This document shows positions 9,488-19,241 of a stretch of DNA of 64,000 bases, in pieces. The translations under genes were made by a program, and so were the position numbers. The stretch comes from a bacterium (GTDB lineage Bacteria; Myxococcota_A; UBA9160; UBA6930). Position 1 is the first letter of the stretch; each line of letters starts with the position of its first letter. The notes under the pieces were generated by a model. That model saw only the letters and a list, made by a program, of their open reading frames with translations, was not told the origin of the DNA and did not search any database. Location: the NCBI GenBank assembly GCA_024228115.1, contig JAAETT010000234.1, positions 26,220 to 90,219 of the forward strand, read 5' to 3'.

Positions 9488-10822
9488 TTGAGCAGCCGTA
9501 GCCGATCCCTCACTCTAGGCGAGCGTATCGATCGGGCTCGGCGCATCAGCCTCACCTTCGGGCGGGTCTACCTTCGCGTCCGCAGCCATCGCTTCCTGGC
9601 GCGGCGGCTTCAACCCGGCGATATGGACGAGCGCTGGGACGCCCTGCACCGGACGAATGCCCAGGAAATCTACGACCTGGCGGTCGACCTCCAGGGATTG
9701 ATCCTGAAGGGCTGCCAGTTCGCGAGCGCACGCGCAGACGTGTTGCCGAAGCCCTACCAGGAGATCCTCGGCCAGCTGCAGGACCGGGTGCCCGCCTATC
9801 CCTTCGACATCGCACGTGATCTCGTCGAGGACGAACTCGGCCGACCGCTCGAGGAGGTGTTTCGCGAGTTCGCGGAAGAACCCCTGGCGGCTGCATCGCT
9901 AGCCCAGGTGCATGCGGCCGTGCTGCAGGACGGAACGCCCGTCGCAGTGAAGATCCAATACCCGGAGATCGGTGCCCTGGTCCGCAGCGATCTGGCCAAC
10001 CTTCGCGCGCTCTTCCGCGCCGTCGGCTGGCTGGAGCCCGACTTCGATTTGATGCCACTGGTCGACGAACTCGGCGCGAACGTTCCCCTCGAACTCGACT
10101 TCCTGAACGAGGGCCGCAACGCCGAGAAGGTTGCTGAATTCCTGGTTGGACGCGATGACGTGGCCATCCCGGTCATCCACTGGGAGTGGTCCACCCGGCG
10201 CGTGCTGGTCATGGAGCGAATGGTCGGGCGGAAGATCACCGACACCGAGGCGCTCCGCAGCGCGGGCGTGGACCTGCAAGCCGTGATGCGCACGTTGATC
10301 GAGGTATTCGCCGAGATGATCCTCGTGCGCGGCTTCTTCCATGGCGATCCACACCCGGGCAACCTGCTGGTCGAGGTCGAGAGCGGCCGGCTCGTGATCC
10401 TCGACTTCGGCCTGGCGAAAGAGCTTCCTGCGAGCTTCCGCGAGACGGTGCTCGGTTTCGCAACGGCGCTCCTCCAGGGGGACTCCGCGGCCATGGGTCA
10501 TGCTCTCATCGAGCTCGGCTTCGAGACCCGGGACGGCCGGGAGGAGAGCCTGCACGACATCGCCGAGCTGATGCTGGGTGTCGCCAAGGAGGTCCGCCAG
10601 GATGGACGCGTGGACCCGGAGACGATGGCTCGGCTGCGCGAGGAAATTCCCGAGCGGATTCGCCAGAACCCGATCGTCCGCGTCCCCCACCACCTGGTGC
10701 TCGTGGGGCGGGTGCTCGCCCTGCTCACGGGCCTGAATGCCGCCCTCGGTGCCAAGGTCGATTTCCTGAAGATCTTGATGCCCATCGCCCTTGGCGTGGC
10801 CGGGAAGGCCCCGCAGAAGTGA
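9488..10822 (+). CDS. ABC1/UbiB-family atypical protein kinase
   Basis: LAAASLAQVHAAVLQDGTPVAVKIQYPEI and RGFFHGDPHPGNLLV motifs. The start codon is TTG. Confidence 0.85.
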   Translation: MSSRSRSLTLGERIDRARRISLTFGRVYLRVRSHRFLARRLQPGDMDERWDALHRTNAQEIYDLAVDLQGLILKGCQFASARADVLPKPYQEILGQLQDRVPAYPFDIARDLVEDELGRPLEEVFREFAEEPLAAASLAQVHAAVLQDGTPVAVKIQYPEIGALVRSDLANLRALFRAVGWLEPDFDLMPLVDELGANVPLELDFLNEGRNAEKVAEFLVGRDDVAIPVIHWEWSTRRVLVMERMVGRKITDTEALRSAGVDLQAVMRTLIEVFAEMILVRGFFHGDPHPGNLLVEVESGRLVILDFGLAKELPASFRETVLGFATALLQGDSAAMGHALIELGFETRDGREESLHDIAELMLGVAKEVRQDGRVDPETMARLREEIPERIRQNPIVRVPHHLVLVGRVLALLTGLNAALGAKVDFLKILMPIALGVAGKAPQK

Positions 10823-11781
10823 GTTCTCTCTCCTTGGGTCTGGCCGTCGGGGCCGGAACGACTCCCGCTGGCTGGGCCCGCACCCTGCGTCTGGTCGAAC
10901 GCGCCGACCGGCTCGGTCTCCACTCGGTCTGGCTTCCGGAACACCACTTTCACCCGAACGCCACGCCGTCCCCGCTCATCACATTGGCGGCTTTCGCGGC
11001 GCGCACGAAACGGGTGCGGCTGGCGACGACGTCTCTTCTCTTGCCGGTGCAGCATCCGCTGCACGTAGCAGCCCAGGTCGCGCTGCTCGACCAGCTCTCG
11101 GGCGGGCGGGTCTTGTTAGGCCTGGGGCGTGGCTTTCGACCGCCGCTGTTTCGGGCCTTCGGGGTGGCTGCGAAGACCAAACGCGACCGATTCGACGAGG
11201 CCCTCGACACGATGCTTGCCGCATGGACGGGAACCGCCTTCGAACAGGGCGGTCAATACTACGGAGCCGGCGCGGTGCACCTGGGCTTGCGGCCCGCCCA
11301 ACAACCCCACCCTCCCCTGGTCGTCGCCGCATTCGGCCCCAAGGGCCTTGCGCAGGCCGCCCGCCGAGGCCTTCCCTACCTCGCCTCGCCTCTCGAAGGC
11401 CTGCCCGTGCTGGCCGAGAACTACGCTTTCTGGCGCGAGCATTGTGACGCCGATCCCGATCCGCGCGCGCCGAGAGTGCCCGTGATGCGGACAGCTTTCG
11501 TGGCCGAAGACGACGGCACTGCGGCCCGCGTTCGAGCGGCACTCGAAGGCGAGCAGCGAATCGTCCCTTCGCGGCGACCGAACAAAGCCCTCGCCCGAGC
11601 TGCCGAAGGCCCCCTCGGAGATCGCGTCCTGGTCGGCACCCGAAGCCACGTCGAAGATCAAATCCGCGGGTATCGGCAGCAGCTCGGCCTGGACCTGCTC
11701 GTGGTCCGGACGGAAGTTCCCGGGGCGAGCGAAAACGAGCGGGAGGCGTCGCTCGAAACCCTGGCCGAGCTGCTCGCATAG
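10819..11781 (+). CDS. LLM-class (luciferase-like) flavin-dependent oxidoreductase
   Basis: Start trimmed to GTG 10819, a GTGA overlap with the preceding stop. LGLHSVWLPEHHF and LLGLGRGF motifs. The first 211 aa of track ORF 10186..11781 overlap the kinase gene out of frame. Confidence 0.8.
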   Translation: MSSLSLGLAVGAGTTPAGWARTLRLVERADRLGLHSVWLPEHHFHPNATPSPLITLAAFAARTKRVRLATTSLLLPVQHPLHVAAQVALLDQLSGGRVLLGLGRGFRPPLFRAFGVAAKTKRDRFDEALDTMLAAWTGTAFEQGGQYYGAGAVHLGLRPAQQPHPPLVVAAFGPKGLAQAARRGLPYLASPLEGLPVLAENYAFWREHCDADPDPRAPRVPVMRTAFVAEDDGTAARVRAALEGEQRIVPSRRPNKALARAAEGPLGDRVLVGTRSHVEDQIRGYRQQLGLDLLVVRTEVPGASENEREASLETLAELLA

Positions 11782-11824
11782 GGCCGAGCCATTCCGCCCG
11801 GTCTGTACCCAGCCCCGGCGACTC
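11782..11824 (+). repeat. 43-nt copy of a dispersed repeat (same family as the ends of the 20898..21280 element)
   Basis: GGCCGAGCCATTCCGCCCGGTCTGTACCCAGCCCCGGCGACTC matches the reverse complement of 20898..20940 at 39 of 43 positions by hand alignment. It starts directly after the TAG stop at 11781. Confidence 0.7.
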
Positions 11825-11912
11825 GAATGTCACCCATGAGAAGCGGAGTGGCACACGAGAAGGTCGGCAGCCGTCTCGAGGGTCCCCGCCCGGAGACGAG
11901 GACGGCTTCTCG

Positions 11913-12089
11913 CTACGACGCGGTGCGCGTGAAGGTCACGAAGGCCATGGCGGGTCTCTTGGAAGAGTCGCGCATTGCGAATTGCATCGTGTCGAGCGTC
12001 CAGCCCTGGAGAGTCCATTCGTTCAGGATTTCCTCCAGGGCTTCGGAGGTCACATCGCTCGTTTCGACAACTTTGTACTCGAGCGCCAT
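11913..12089 (-). CDS. small DUF4177-like protein
   Basis: 58 aa from ATG 12089 ([37 protein letters not shown]...). 1-nt overlap with the hemB stop. Confidence 0.55.
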   Translation of the reverse strand: MALEYKVVETSDVTSEALEEILNEWTLQGWTLDTMQFAMRDSSKRPAMAFVTFTRTAS

Positions 12090-13063
12090 CAGGCCGAGAT
12101 CCTTCGAGCCAGGTCCTTGGCCGCATAGCTGAGGATCCAATCCGCGCCGGCACGCTTGATCGCGATCGTGGCCTCGAGCATCGCCCGAGGACCGTCGATC
12201 CAGCCACGCTCTGCGGCGGCGTGGATCATTGAGTACTCCCCGGACACATGATAGGCGGCCAGCGGCACGTCGAATTCACACGCAGCGGCCGCGAGGATGT
12301 CGAGATACGGAAGTGCCGGCTTGACCATCAGGGCGTCGGCCCCCTCTTCGAGATCGAGCCGCATCTCACGAAGGGCCTCACGTCCGTTGGGAGGGTCCAT
12401 TTGATAGGCGCGGCGATCTCCGAATGCGGGCGTGCTCTCCGCTGCGTCTCGGAATGGCCCGTAGAACGCGCTCGCAAACTTGGCGGCGTAGCTCAAGATC
12501 GCGACCTGCTCGAAGCCGTTGTCATCCAGGATCGTGCGGATGGCAGCGACGCGCCCATCCATCATGTCGCTCGGAGCGACGATGTCGGCGCCGGCGCGTG
12601 CATGAGACAATGCCGTCTCGGCGAGGCGGGCCACCGAAGGATCGTTCAGCACCTCTTCGTCCTGAACGATCCCACAATGGCCGTGGTCCGTGTACTCACA
12701 CAGGCAGACGTCGGTGATCACGCAGAGATCGGGAACCTCATTCTTGACGGCCTCGACGGCACGCTGGGTGATCCCATCCGTCGCGTCGGCCCCGGAGCCC
12801 CGAGCGTCCTTGACCGTCGGGATCCCGAAGAGGATCACCGAAGGGATGCCCAGATCCCTCGTCTCCTTGCACTCGAGCACCAGCTGGTCGACAGAGTGAC
12901 GAAACACGCCAGGCATCGATGCGACCGGCTCCCGCACGCCGCTCCCCTCGACGACGAAGAGCGGCAAGATCAGGTCGTCTCGCGAGAGGCGGGTCTCACG
13001 GACCATCGAACGGAGGGTTTCGCTCCGGCGAAGGCGTCGCGGTCGGGTTCTCGGAAAACTCAT
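12089..13063 (-). CDS. hemB: porphobilinogen synthase (delta-aminolevulinate dehydratase)
   Basis: Starts [23 protein letters not shown]. Has the Zn-type Cys cluster [14 protein letters not shown], plus [10 protein letters not shown] and [21 protein letters not shown] overlap with the upstream gene. Confidence 0.92.
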   Translation of the reverse strand: MSFPRTRPRRLRRSETLRSMVRETRLSRDDLILPLFVVEGSGVREPVASMPGVFRHSVDQLVLECKETRDLGIPSVILFGIPTVKDARGSGADATDGITQRAVEAVKNEVPDLCVITDVCLCEYTDHGHCGIVQDEEVLNDPSVARLAETALSHARAGADIVAPSDMMDGRVAAIRTILDDNGFEQVAILSYAAKFASAFYGPFRDAAESTPAFGDRRAYQMDPPNGREALREMRLDLEEGADALMVKPALPYLDILAAAACEFDVPLAAYHVSGEYSMIHAAAERGWIDGPRAMLEATIAIKRAGADWILSYAAKDLARRISA

Positions 13064-14658
13064 TCCCTTTCTCCTTCCGGGCCGTGTGCGGGGGCCGCTC
13101 TCTTGGCTCGGGTCAGGGCCTGGATGCACTGATCGACCGTCGCGCTGGTCGGCTCGAGGGTCGCAGGAAGTCCGATCTCGCGCAGGGCATCGGCGGTGGC
13201 GGCTCCGAGAGCCACCACGTCGATGTCCCTCACTTCGGCAAGGTCGTCTCCCAGGCCCGTCGCGAAACTCCGAACGGCGGAAGGGCTGGCGAAGACCAAC
13301 GCATCGAGAGCCCCCGCCGCCAACGATGCGGCCAATTCCGGGCTGTCGAAGGATTCCGGGACCGTCCGGTAGATGGCCAATTCCTGGACGCTCGCTCCGG
13401 CTTCGCGCAATCGGTCGGCCAGGACACGCCGGCCCTGCACGGGTTGGGAGAGGAGAAGCTTCTTGCCCACCACCAGATCCTTCTCGATCAGGTGATCCGC
13501 CAGGCCCTCGGCGTCGTAACGAGCATCGGGCAACTCCCCCAGCGAAAACGCCTCGTCCCGAGCTGCCACCGCGGTAGCGGGGCCGACGCAATGGGCAGGG
13601 ATCGCGAGGTCCCGAGGTGCGATCCCCCGGCCGCGCAATTGCAGGGCCAGCTGGCGTGCGCCGTTCGCGCTGGCGAACAGCAACGCATCGAAGCCTGCCA
13701 GATCTGCGAGCACCGCATCGATCTCGGACGAGGGCGGGAGGCTTTCGATACGAATCATCGGCACGACCACCGGCAAGGCTCCCGCGTCGCGAAACGCCAG
13801 GGCCCAGGACGCAGCCGAAGCGGCCGGCCGCGTGAGAAGGACACGGCGCCCAAAGAGCGGCAGATCCTCGGCACTGCCATTCTCGGCTCGCAGCCGCACC
13901 ACATCCCCCACCACGATGACAGCCGGGGAGGTGAGCCCGGCGGCCTCGATCTCCGCCGCCAGCTCGCCCAACGGCGCCACCACGACCTGTTGGCCCGGAA
14001 GTGTGCCGTAGCGAATGGCTGCTGACGGAGTGCTCGCGGCCCGGCCACCGGCGATCAGGCGCGCCGTGATCTGCCGCAGGTTCCGAACACCCATCAGGAT
14101 CACGAGCGTATCGGCGCCGCGACCAAGTTCCTCCCAGCGGAGCGCCTCCCGCACTTTCGTTGGATCGTTGTGGCCCGTCACGACGGCGAAGGACGCGGCG
14201 TAGCGACGATCGGTCAGAGGAATCCCTGCCGCCGCGGGTGCAGCGGCGGCAGCAGTCACACCAGGAACGATTTCACAAGGGATGCCGGCGGCGCGGCAGG
14301 CGGAGACTTCCTCGCCACCTCGGCCGAATACGAAGGGATCTCCGCCTTTGAGGCGAACCACCCGCTCGCCGGCCCGGGCCCGATCGACCAGCAGCTCCTC
14401 GATTCCGGCCTGGCTTCGCGTGGGGGCGTCATGCCCTCGCTTGCCAACGTTGATGCACTCGGCGCTCTGCGGGATGAGCCGCAGGATCTCTTGGGACACC
14501 AGCGCGTCGTACACGACGACATCCGCAGAGCCCAGGAGTTCGGCGCCGCGCAGGGTCAAGAGATCCGGTGCACCCGGTCCCGCGCCCACCAGGAAGACGC
14601 GCCCCGGCCGCGACGCGGTCTCGTCATCCCGGGACGCACTCCCGGATCGCGAGTTCAC
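13060..14658 (-). CDS. cobA/hemD: bifunctional uroporphyrinogen-III C-methyltransferase / uroporphyrinogen-III synthase fusion
   Basis: The N-terminal SAM methylase has [18 protein letters not shown] and [16 protein letters not shown]. The C-terminal half is HemD-like ([34 protein letters not shown] ...). Start trimmed to GTG 14658, a GTGA overlap with hemC. Confidence 0.85.
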   Translation of the reverse strand: MNSRSGSASRDDETASRPGRVFLVGAGPGAPDLLTLRGAELLGSADVVVYDALVSQEILRLIPQSAECINVGKRGHDAPTRSQAGIEELLVDRARAGERVVRLKGGDPFVFGRGGEEVSACRAAGIPCEIVPGVTAAAAAPAAAGIPLTDRRYAASFAVVTGHNDPTKVREALRWEELGRGADTLVILMGVRNLRQITARLIAGGRAASTPSAAIRYGTLPGQQVVVAPLGELAAEIEAAGLTSPAVIVVGDVVRLRAENGSAEDLPLFGRRVLLTRPAASAASWALAFRDAGALPVVVPMIRIESLPPSSEIDAVLADLAGFDALLFASANGARQLALQLRGRGIAPRDLAIPAHCVGPATAVAARDEAFSLGELPDARYDAEGLADHLIEKDLVVGKKLLLSQPVQGRRVLADRLREAGASVQELAIYRTVPESFDSPELAASLAAGALDALVFASPSAVRSFATGLGDDLAEVRDIDVVALGAATADALREIGLPATLEPTSATVDQCIQALTRAKRAAPAHGPEGERE

Positions 14659-15587
14659 GCCTTCGACCCTTCCCGAGCTTCTTCGATCAAGCGAAGAGCA
14701 CCTCGCCCCAGGGCCTCTCGCGCAGCCGCCCTGCCAAGCGCCTCCGCATCGGCGGCAGAACCGCTGGCTTCGGCGGCCACGACATTTCGGCCATCGGGTG
14801 ACAGGACCCGAGCGCGCAGCTTCACCCGACCATCGGCCTGGAGTTCGGCGCGGCCCGCGATCGGTGCGTGGCAGTCCCCGGAAAGCACAGCCAGGAATGC
14901 ACGTTCCGCTGTAATCGATACCCGCGTCGGGGGGTGATCGATTGCGAGCAGATCGTCCGCAAGAGCCTCGTTCTGACGACATTCGAGGGCCAGCGTGCCC
15001 TGGCCGACAGCGGGGAGCATCAGCCCTTCATCGATCCGTTCATCGATGCGCTCCTCGAGACCGAGGCGCTCGAGCCCGGCGCTGGCCAACACCACCGCCG
15101 CCAGGTCTTCATCCTCGAGCTTGCGCAAGCGCGTATCGACGTTGCCTCGGATCGGCACGATCACGAGATCCGGGCGATAGGCCAGAAGCTGACTGGCGCG
15201 ACGCACGCTGCCGGTGCCCACCCGGCTGGCACGGGGTAGCGCCTCGACCGTCGCGCCCGAATCGCGGCCGACCAGCGCGTCCCTCGCATCGGCCCGCATG
15301 GGAAACGCGGCCAGCATGAGACCCGGTGCCTGTTCCGGCGGAAGATCCTTCGCACTATGCACCGCGACATCCGCGCGACCGTCGATGAGAGCCTCCTCGA
15401 CTTCCTTGATGAACAGCCCCTTGCCACCGATCGCTGCAAGTGAGCGATCCTGGATCCGATCCCCGGTGGTCTGGATCTTCACGAGCTCCGTGCGGCAACG
15501 AAGAGCCACTTCGATCGCCCGAGCCACATGACCGGATTGGGCCAATGCCAGGGCACTTCCGCGCGTTGCAATGCGGACCAGCTTCAT
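14655..15587 (-). CDS. hemC: hydroxymethylbilane synthase (porphobilinogen deaminase)
   Basis: MKLVRIATRGSALALAQ start and a dipyrromethane cofactor Cys region (LSGDCHAPIAG). Confidence 0.9.
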   Translation of the reverse strand: MKLVRIATRGSALALAQSGHVARAIEVALRCRTELVKIQTTGDRIQDRSLAAIGGKGLFIKEVEEALIDGRADVAVHSAKDLPPEQAPGLMLAAFPMRADARDALVGRDSGATVEALPRASRVGTGSVRRASQLLAYRPDLVIVPIRGNVDTRLRKLEDEDLAAVVLASAGLERLGLEERIDERIDEGLMLPAVGQGTLALECRQNEALADDLLAIDHPPTRVSITAERAFLAVLSGDCHAPIAGRAELQADGRVKLRARVLSPDGRNVVAAEASGSAADAEALGRAAAREALGRGALRLIEEAREGSKA

Positions 15588-15621
15588 CCCTCGTCTCCCG
15601 GTCCGACGAAGCGCCCGAACC

Positions 15622-16938
15622 TCATTCGTCTTCCTCCCGCCGGTCGGCTTCTGCACCGGGTGCCCGGCCATCATCGAGGGCGAAGAGCACACGTGCAGCC
15701 TCCAGGTGAGCCAGCCCCTCTTCCCGATCGACTTCCTGGCGCAACCTTGCAAGGGGTGCGTGAAGAAGCTTGTTGATGATCGCCCGCGTGATGGACTCGA
15801 CGGCATCCAGATGGGCATCACTCCACTCGAGGGATGCCAGGCCGCGCTCCAACTCAGCAGCGCGAATCGCCTCGGCCCGCGTGCGGAGGCTTCGAATCGT
15901 GGGCACGGCAGCCAGAGCCGTCAGCCAGCCTTCGAAGCGCTGCTCTTCCTCGAGAACGATGTTCTCCGCCCGAGCCACTTCGCGCCGCCGCTCGTCCGCA
16001 TTCGCTTCGGCCATTCCGGACAGATCGTCGAGATCGTAGAGATACACCGAATCCAGCTGGTTCACATCGGGCGCCACGTTGCGCGGAACTCCGATATCGA
16101 TCACGAAGAGCGGCCGATGCCGGCGGTCGCGAAGCGCCTCCGCCACGACCTCGGAAGTCAGAAGCGGACTGTCGCCGCCGATCGACGTCAGCACGACGTC
16201 GCTCTGTTCGAGAAGGGTCGGGAGCTCCTCCAGGCCGTGGGCCGAAGCCTCGAAACGTGTCGCCAGGGCCGCGGCTCGTGCCGGCGTGCGGTTGGCGATG
16301 CGTGCGCTCCGCAACCCGGAGGATCGCAGACGTTCGAGCGCCAGCTCGATCATCTCACCAGCGCCAATCAAGAGAGCAGCCTTGTCATCCAGGCTCTCGA
16401 AGATCTGCCTGGCCAGATCCACCGCCACGCGGGCAACGGAAACGCCGCGCTCGCCGATACGGGTTTCGTTGCGTACGCGCTTCGCCGTGGAAAAGGCACG
16501 CTGATAGAGGCGCGACAGAATCGGCCCGCAGCTTCCCGTGGCCACAGCCGCCCGATAGGCTTCTTTCACTTGCCCCAGGATCTGCGGTTCGCCAACGATC
16601 ATCGAGTCGACCGAGCAGGCGACACGGAAGACGTGGCGGGTAGCCTCGGCATCCGACAGCTCGTAGAGCGCGGACTCGAGTTCGGCGGGGCTCGGACGCT
16701 GAACCTCGTCGGGAAGCTCGCGTTCGACGAACGATCGGAGGCGCAGCCGGGCGGCCGCCGGGCTGCGCGTCAGCACGAGGACTTCGACCCGGTTGCAGGT
16801 CGAGAGGATCACGCATTCCTCGATGTCCGGATCTGCCACGAGCTTCTCATTGGCCGGCCCCAGATCGCCGACGGCGTAGCGTTCGCGCAGATCGAGAGAG
16901 GATGTCCGATGGCTCATGCCGAGCAGCAGGAGATTCAA
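15622..16938 (-). CDS. hemA: glutamyl-tRNA reductase
   Basis: Start trimmed to TTG 16938 (MNLLLLGMSHRTSSLDLRE), with GGGAG upstream and a TTGA overlap with the hemX-like stop. Has ILSTCNRVEVLV and the NADPH-site GAGEMIELA. Confidence 0.9.
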   Translation of the reverse strand: MNLLLLGMSHRTSSLDLRERYAVGDLGPANEKLVADPDIEECVILSTCNRVEVLVLTRSPAAARLRLRSFVERELPDEVQRPSPAELESALYELSDAEATRHVFRVACSVDSMIVGEPQILGQVKEAYRAAVATGSCGPILSRLYQRAFSTAKRVRNETRIGERGVSVARVAVDLARQIFESLDDKAALLIGAGEMIELALERLRSSGLRSARIANRTPARAAALATRFEASAHGLEELPTLLEQSDVVLTSIGGDSPLLTSEVVAEALRDRRHRPLFVIDIGVPRNVAPDVNQLDSVYLYDLDDLSGMAEANADERRREVARAENIVLEEEQRFEGWLTALAAVPTIRSLRTRAEAIRAAELERGLASLEWSDAHLDAVESITRAIINKLLHAPLARLRQEVDREEGLAHLEAARVLFALDDGRAPGAEADRREEDE

Positions 16939-17722
16939 GAGAACGCTCCCGCACCGACGACCGCGAAGACGAGAAGTCCGAAGCCCGCAGCCGAGAGGAA
17001 GGCCACTCGTCGTGCGCCCACGTCGAAGCCGAAACGCGCCAGGGTTGCGGCACCGCACAATACCCAGGCACCCAGCGTCGCTTTCGCGTGGAGGTTCGCC
17101 TCCCAGAGCCGCCCCTCGGTCTCGTAGACCCACAACACCCCGGTGAACAGGCCAAGGGTGAGCAAAATGAAACCCACGCCGAGTGCAATGGTATTGACCC
17201 GATCGAGGCTCTCGAGAGGCGGCAGGGACCGGGCCAGCCGGCGCTTGCGTTTGATGGCACGGTGGTGGCCGATGTAGAGCAGCCCGGCGCCCGCGGCGAC
17301 TCCCAGGGTCGCCAGCCCAGCACTCGAAAGCAGCACATGGAGGTGGGACCAGACCGGATGCAAGTCCTCGGTTGGCCGGGGGGCATAGAGATACAGCAGC
17401 CCCGACACGCAACCGAGAAAGGCCGCCGGTGCCACGACCAGGATGAGACCCTGACCGCGCACCCAGAACAGCAGCCCCAGGTAGATGAGGGATCCCACCC
17501 AGGCCATGAACGAGAGCGCCATCGGCAGGGAGTTCATCGAGGGCCTGGGCTCGAGGGTATGAAGCTGCCAGCCCCCCCCGAGTGAAGAAGCACGCCTGCG
17601 GCGAGAGCAAACACCGCGGCGCGTCCGAAGGAATCCTTCCGCACGATGACACGGAGCACCGCAAGCAAGGCGGACAAGAGGTAGGCAACAGTCGCCAGCT
17701 CGTAGAAGAGCAATCCCATCAT
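16935..17722 (-). CDS. cytochrome c assembly (CcsA/HemX-like) membrane protein, interrupted by a frameshift at a G8 run
   Basis: The N-terminal 50 aa (MMGLLFYELATVAYLL...GVLLHSGG) are in the frame of track ORF 17534..18322. The rest (WQLHTLEPRPSMNSLPMALSFMAW ... to stop 16935) is in the frame of ORF 16935..18170. The frames meet at the run 17572..17579 (C8 on the + strand); one extra G would fuse them into about 262 aa. Confidence 0.7.
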
Positions 17723-18267
17723 CAAGACCGGGAGCGCATGCGCTCCATCTGGGCCGCCACCTTGGCGGCATCGTCCACCATCTCGAACACCCTGTAGGCG
17801 GGCTCTCCGAACAAGACGAATCGGATCTCCTCGAGAGTCGTCTCTCCGTCGAGATGCGAATGAGCTTCCTCCAACAGGATCTCGGCAGAGCGCTGCAAGG
17901 AAACGCCACCAACCCCCGCGCCAATCGCGGGCACGGCAATCGTACGCAGCGCCTGGGAGCGGGCCAGCTCGAGGCTGGCCAACATGGCAGCGCGCACGCT
18001 CTCTTCGCTGGCCTGGCCCCCGGGCGGCATGCCCGCTGCGTGAATGACGTAGCGAGCAGGAAGGTCGCCCGCACCTGTGAGCGCCGCGCCTCCCACTTCG
18101 ATCGGCCCGTGGGCATCGCACTCGGCCTGGATGGTCGGGCCACCCTTCGTGCGGATTGCGCCGGCCACACCGGAACCGAGCTTCAACTCCGAGTTCGCCG
18201 CGTTGACGACTGCATCGACCTGGGCGGCCGTGATGTCGCCTTCTTCGAGAGCGATCCGTCCGCTCAT
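17722..18267 (-). CDS. macro domain protein (ADP-ribose binding/hydrolase type)
   Basis: ITAAQVDAVVNAANSELKLGSGVAGAI and IAVPAIGAGVGGV motifs. Confidence 0.85.
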   Translation of the reverse strand: MSGRIALEEGDITAAQVDAVVNAANSELKLGSGVAGAIRTKGGPTIQAECDAHGPIEVGGAALTGAGDLPARYVIHAAGMPPGGQASEESVRAAMLASLELARSQALRTIAVPAIGAGVGGVSLQRSAEILLEEAHSHLDGETTLEEIRFVLFGEPAYRVFEMVDDAAKVAAQMERMRSRS

Positions 18268-19241
18268 CGCCGCTTTCCCTTCGCCTGATTCGGGGCCTGG
18301 GCTTCGATGAGCCCCGCCGCAATCAACGGAACCAGGATCTCGTGATGACCGATCAACGAGAGGCCGCGACCGCCGAGCCGGGTGGGCCGCTCGACCACAT
18401 TCACACTGGGGCGATATTGGCGGATGAAATCGCAGTTCACCGTCGTGAACTTCTCGACCTTGTTCCCCAGATTGCGGGCCAGGGCCAGGGCCTTCAGGAA
18501 GACCTCGGGCAGGATCACCGCCGAGCCGATGTTGAAGAGTACGCCGCCCTCGAGAGCCGCGACCAGGCGAGTCAGGGTCTCGAAATCGCGGTAGCTGGTG
18601 GCGCCTAACGCCGCACCGTCCGCACTCGGGTGCATGTGATGAATGTCGGTCCCGATGGCCACATGGATGGTGACCGGGATTCCAAGGCGGGCCGCATTCG
18701 CGAGAACCGAGCGATCCTTGTAGCGGAAACCTTTGCCCTCCAGGATCTCCCGCCCAACGGCCTCTCCCATACCGAGGCCCGCGGCATGGCCGGCCTCGAT
18801 CGCTCCATTCAGCCGTTCGGAAGTCTCCCGAGCCATGCCGAAGCTGCCCTCATCGAGGGCCGGTGCCACGTCTTCGCTGGTCTGGCCCATCATCGCCAGT
18901 TCCAAATCGTGCACGCAGCCAGCGCCATTCATCATCAAGCCTGAAACGAAGCCCTGCTCCATCAGGTCCACCACCACCGGGGCCAGACCGACCTTGATGA
19001 GGTGGGCACCGAAGCCCCAGAGGATCAGCTTGTTCTTGGCGTGGGCACGGCCCGCGGCGTCGATCGCGGCGCGCAGATCCTTCGCACCGAGAATCCCGGG
19101 AAGTCGGTCCAGGAATTGCTGAAAGTCCGAACCCGGCTCGTGAGGCACACCTTCGAGAGAGCGCTTCACTTTGCTGAATCGCTCTCGTGCCGGATACGTG
19201 CGAATCTGGCTTCGATCGATCCGCGGCAGACGGCGCGTCAT
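18264..19241 (-). CDS. deoxyhypusine synthase-like family protein (putative)
   Basis: 325 aa from ATG 19241. LILWGFGAHLIKVGLAPVVVDLMEQGFVSGLMMNGAGCVHDLELAMMG resembles, from memory, the DHS core (..GYTSNLISSG.....LV......D.LVTTAGG.EEDL). ATGA overlaps on both sides. Confidence 0.5.
   Translation of the reverse strand: MTRRLPRIDRSQIRTYPARERFSKVKRSLEGVPHEPGSDFQQFLDRLPGILGAKDLRAAIDAAGRAHAKNKLILWGFGAHLIKVGLAPVVVDLMEQGFVSGLMMNGAGCVHDLELAMMGQTSEDVAPALDEGSFGMARETSERLNGAIEAGHAAGLGMGEAVGREILEGKGFRYKDRSVLANAARLGIPVTIHVAIGTDIHHMHPSADGAALGATSYRDFETLTRLVAALEGGVLFNIGSAVILPEVFLKALALARNLGNKVEKFTTVNCDFIRQYRPSVNVVERPTRLGGRGLSLIGHHEILVPLIAAGLIEAQAPNQAKGKRR

Noticed and set aside
10186-10818. N-terminal 211 aa of track ORF 10186..11781
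   Set aside because: It overlaps the ABC1 kinase gene out of frame and is Arg/Pro/Gly-rich. The LLM oxidoreductase homology begins only at GTG 10819. The same reasoning was used to trim cysK, hemB, cobA/hemD, hemC, hemA, rodA, folE, lexA, thiL, the DHS-like gene and gmhA.
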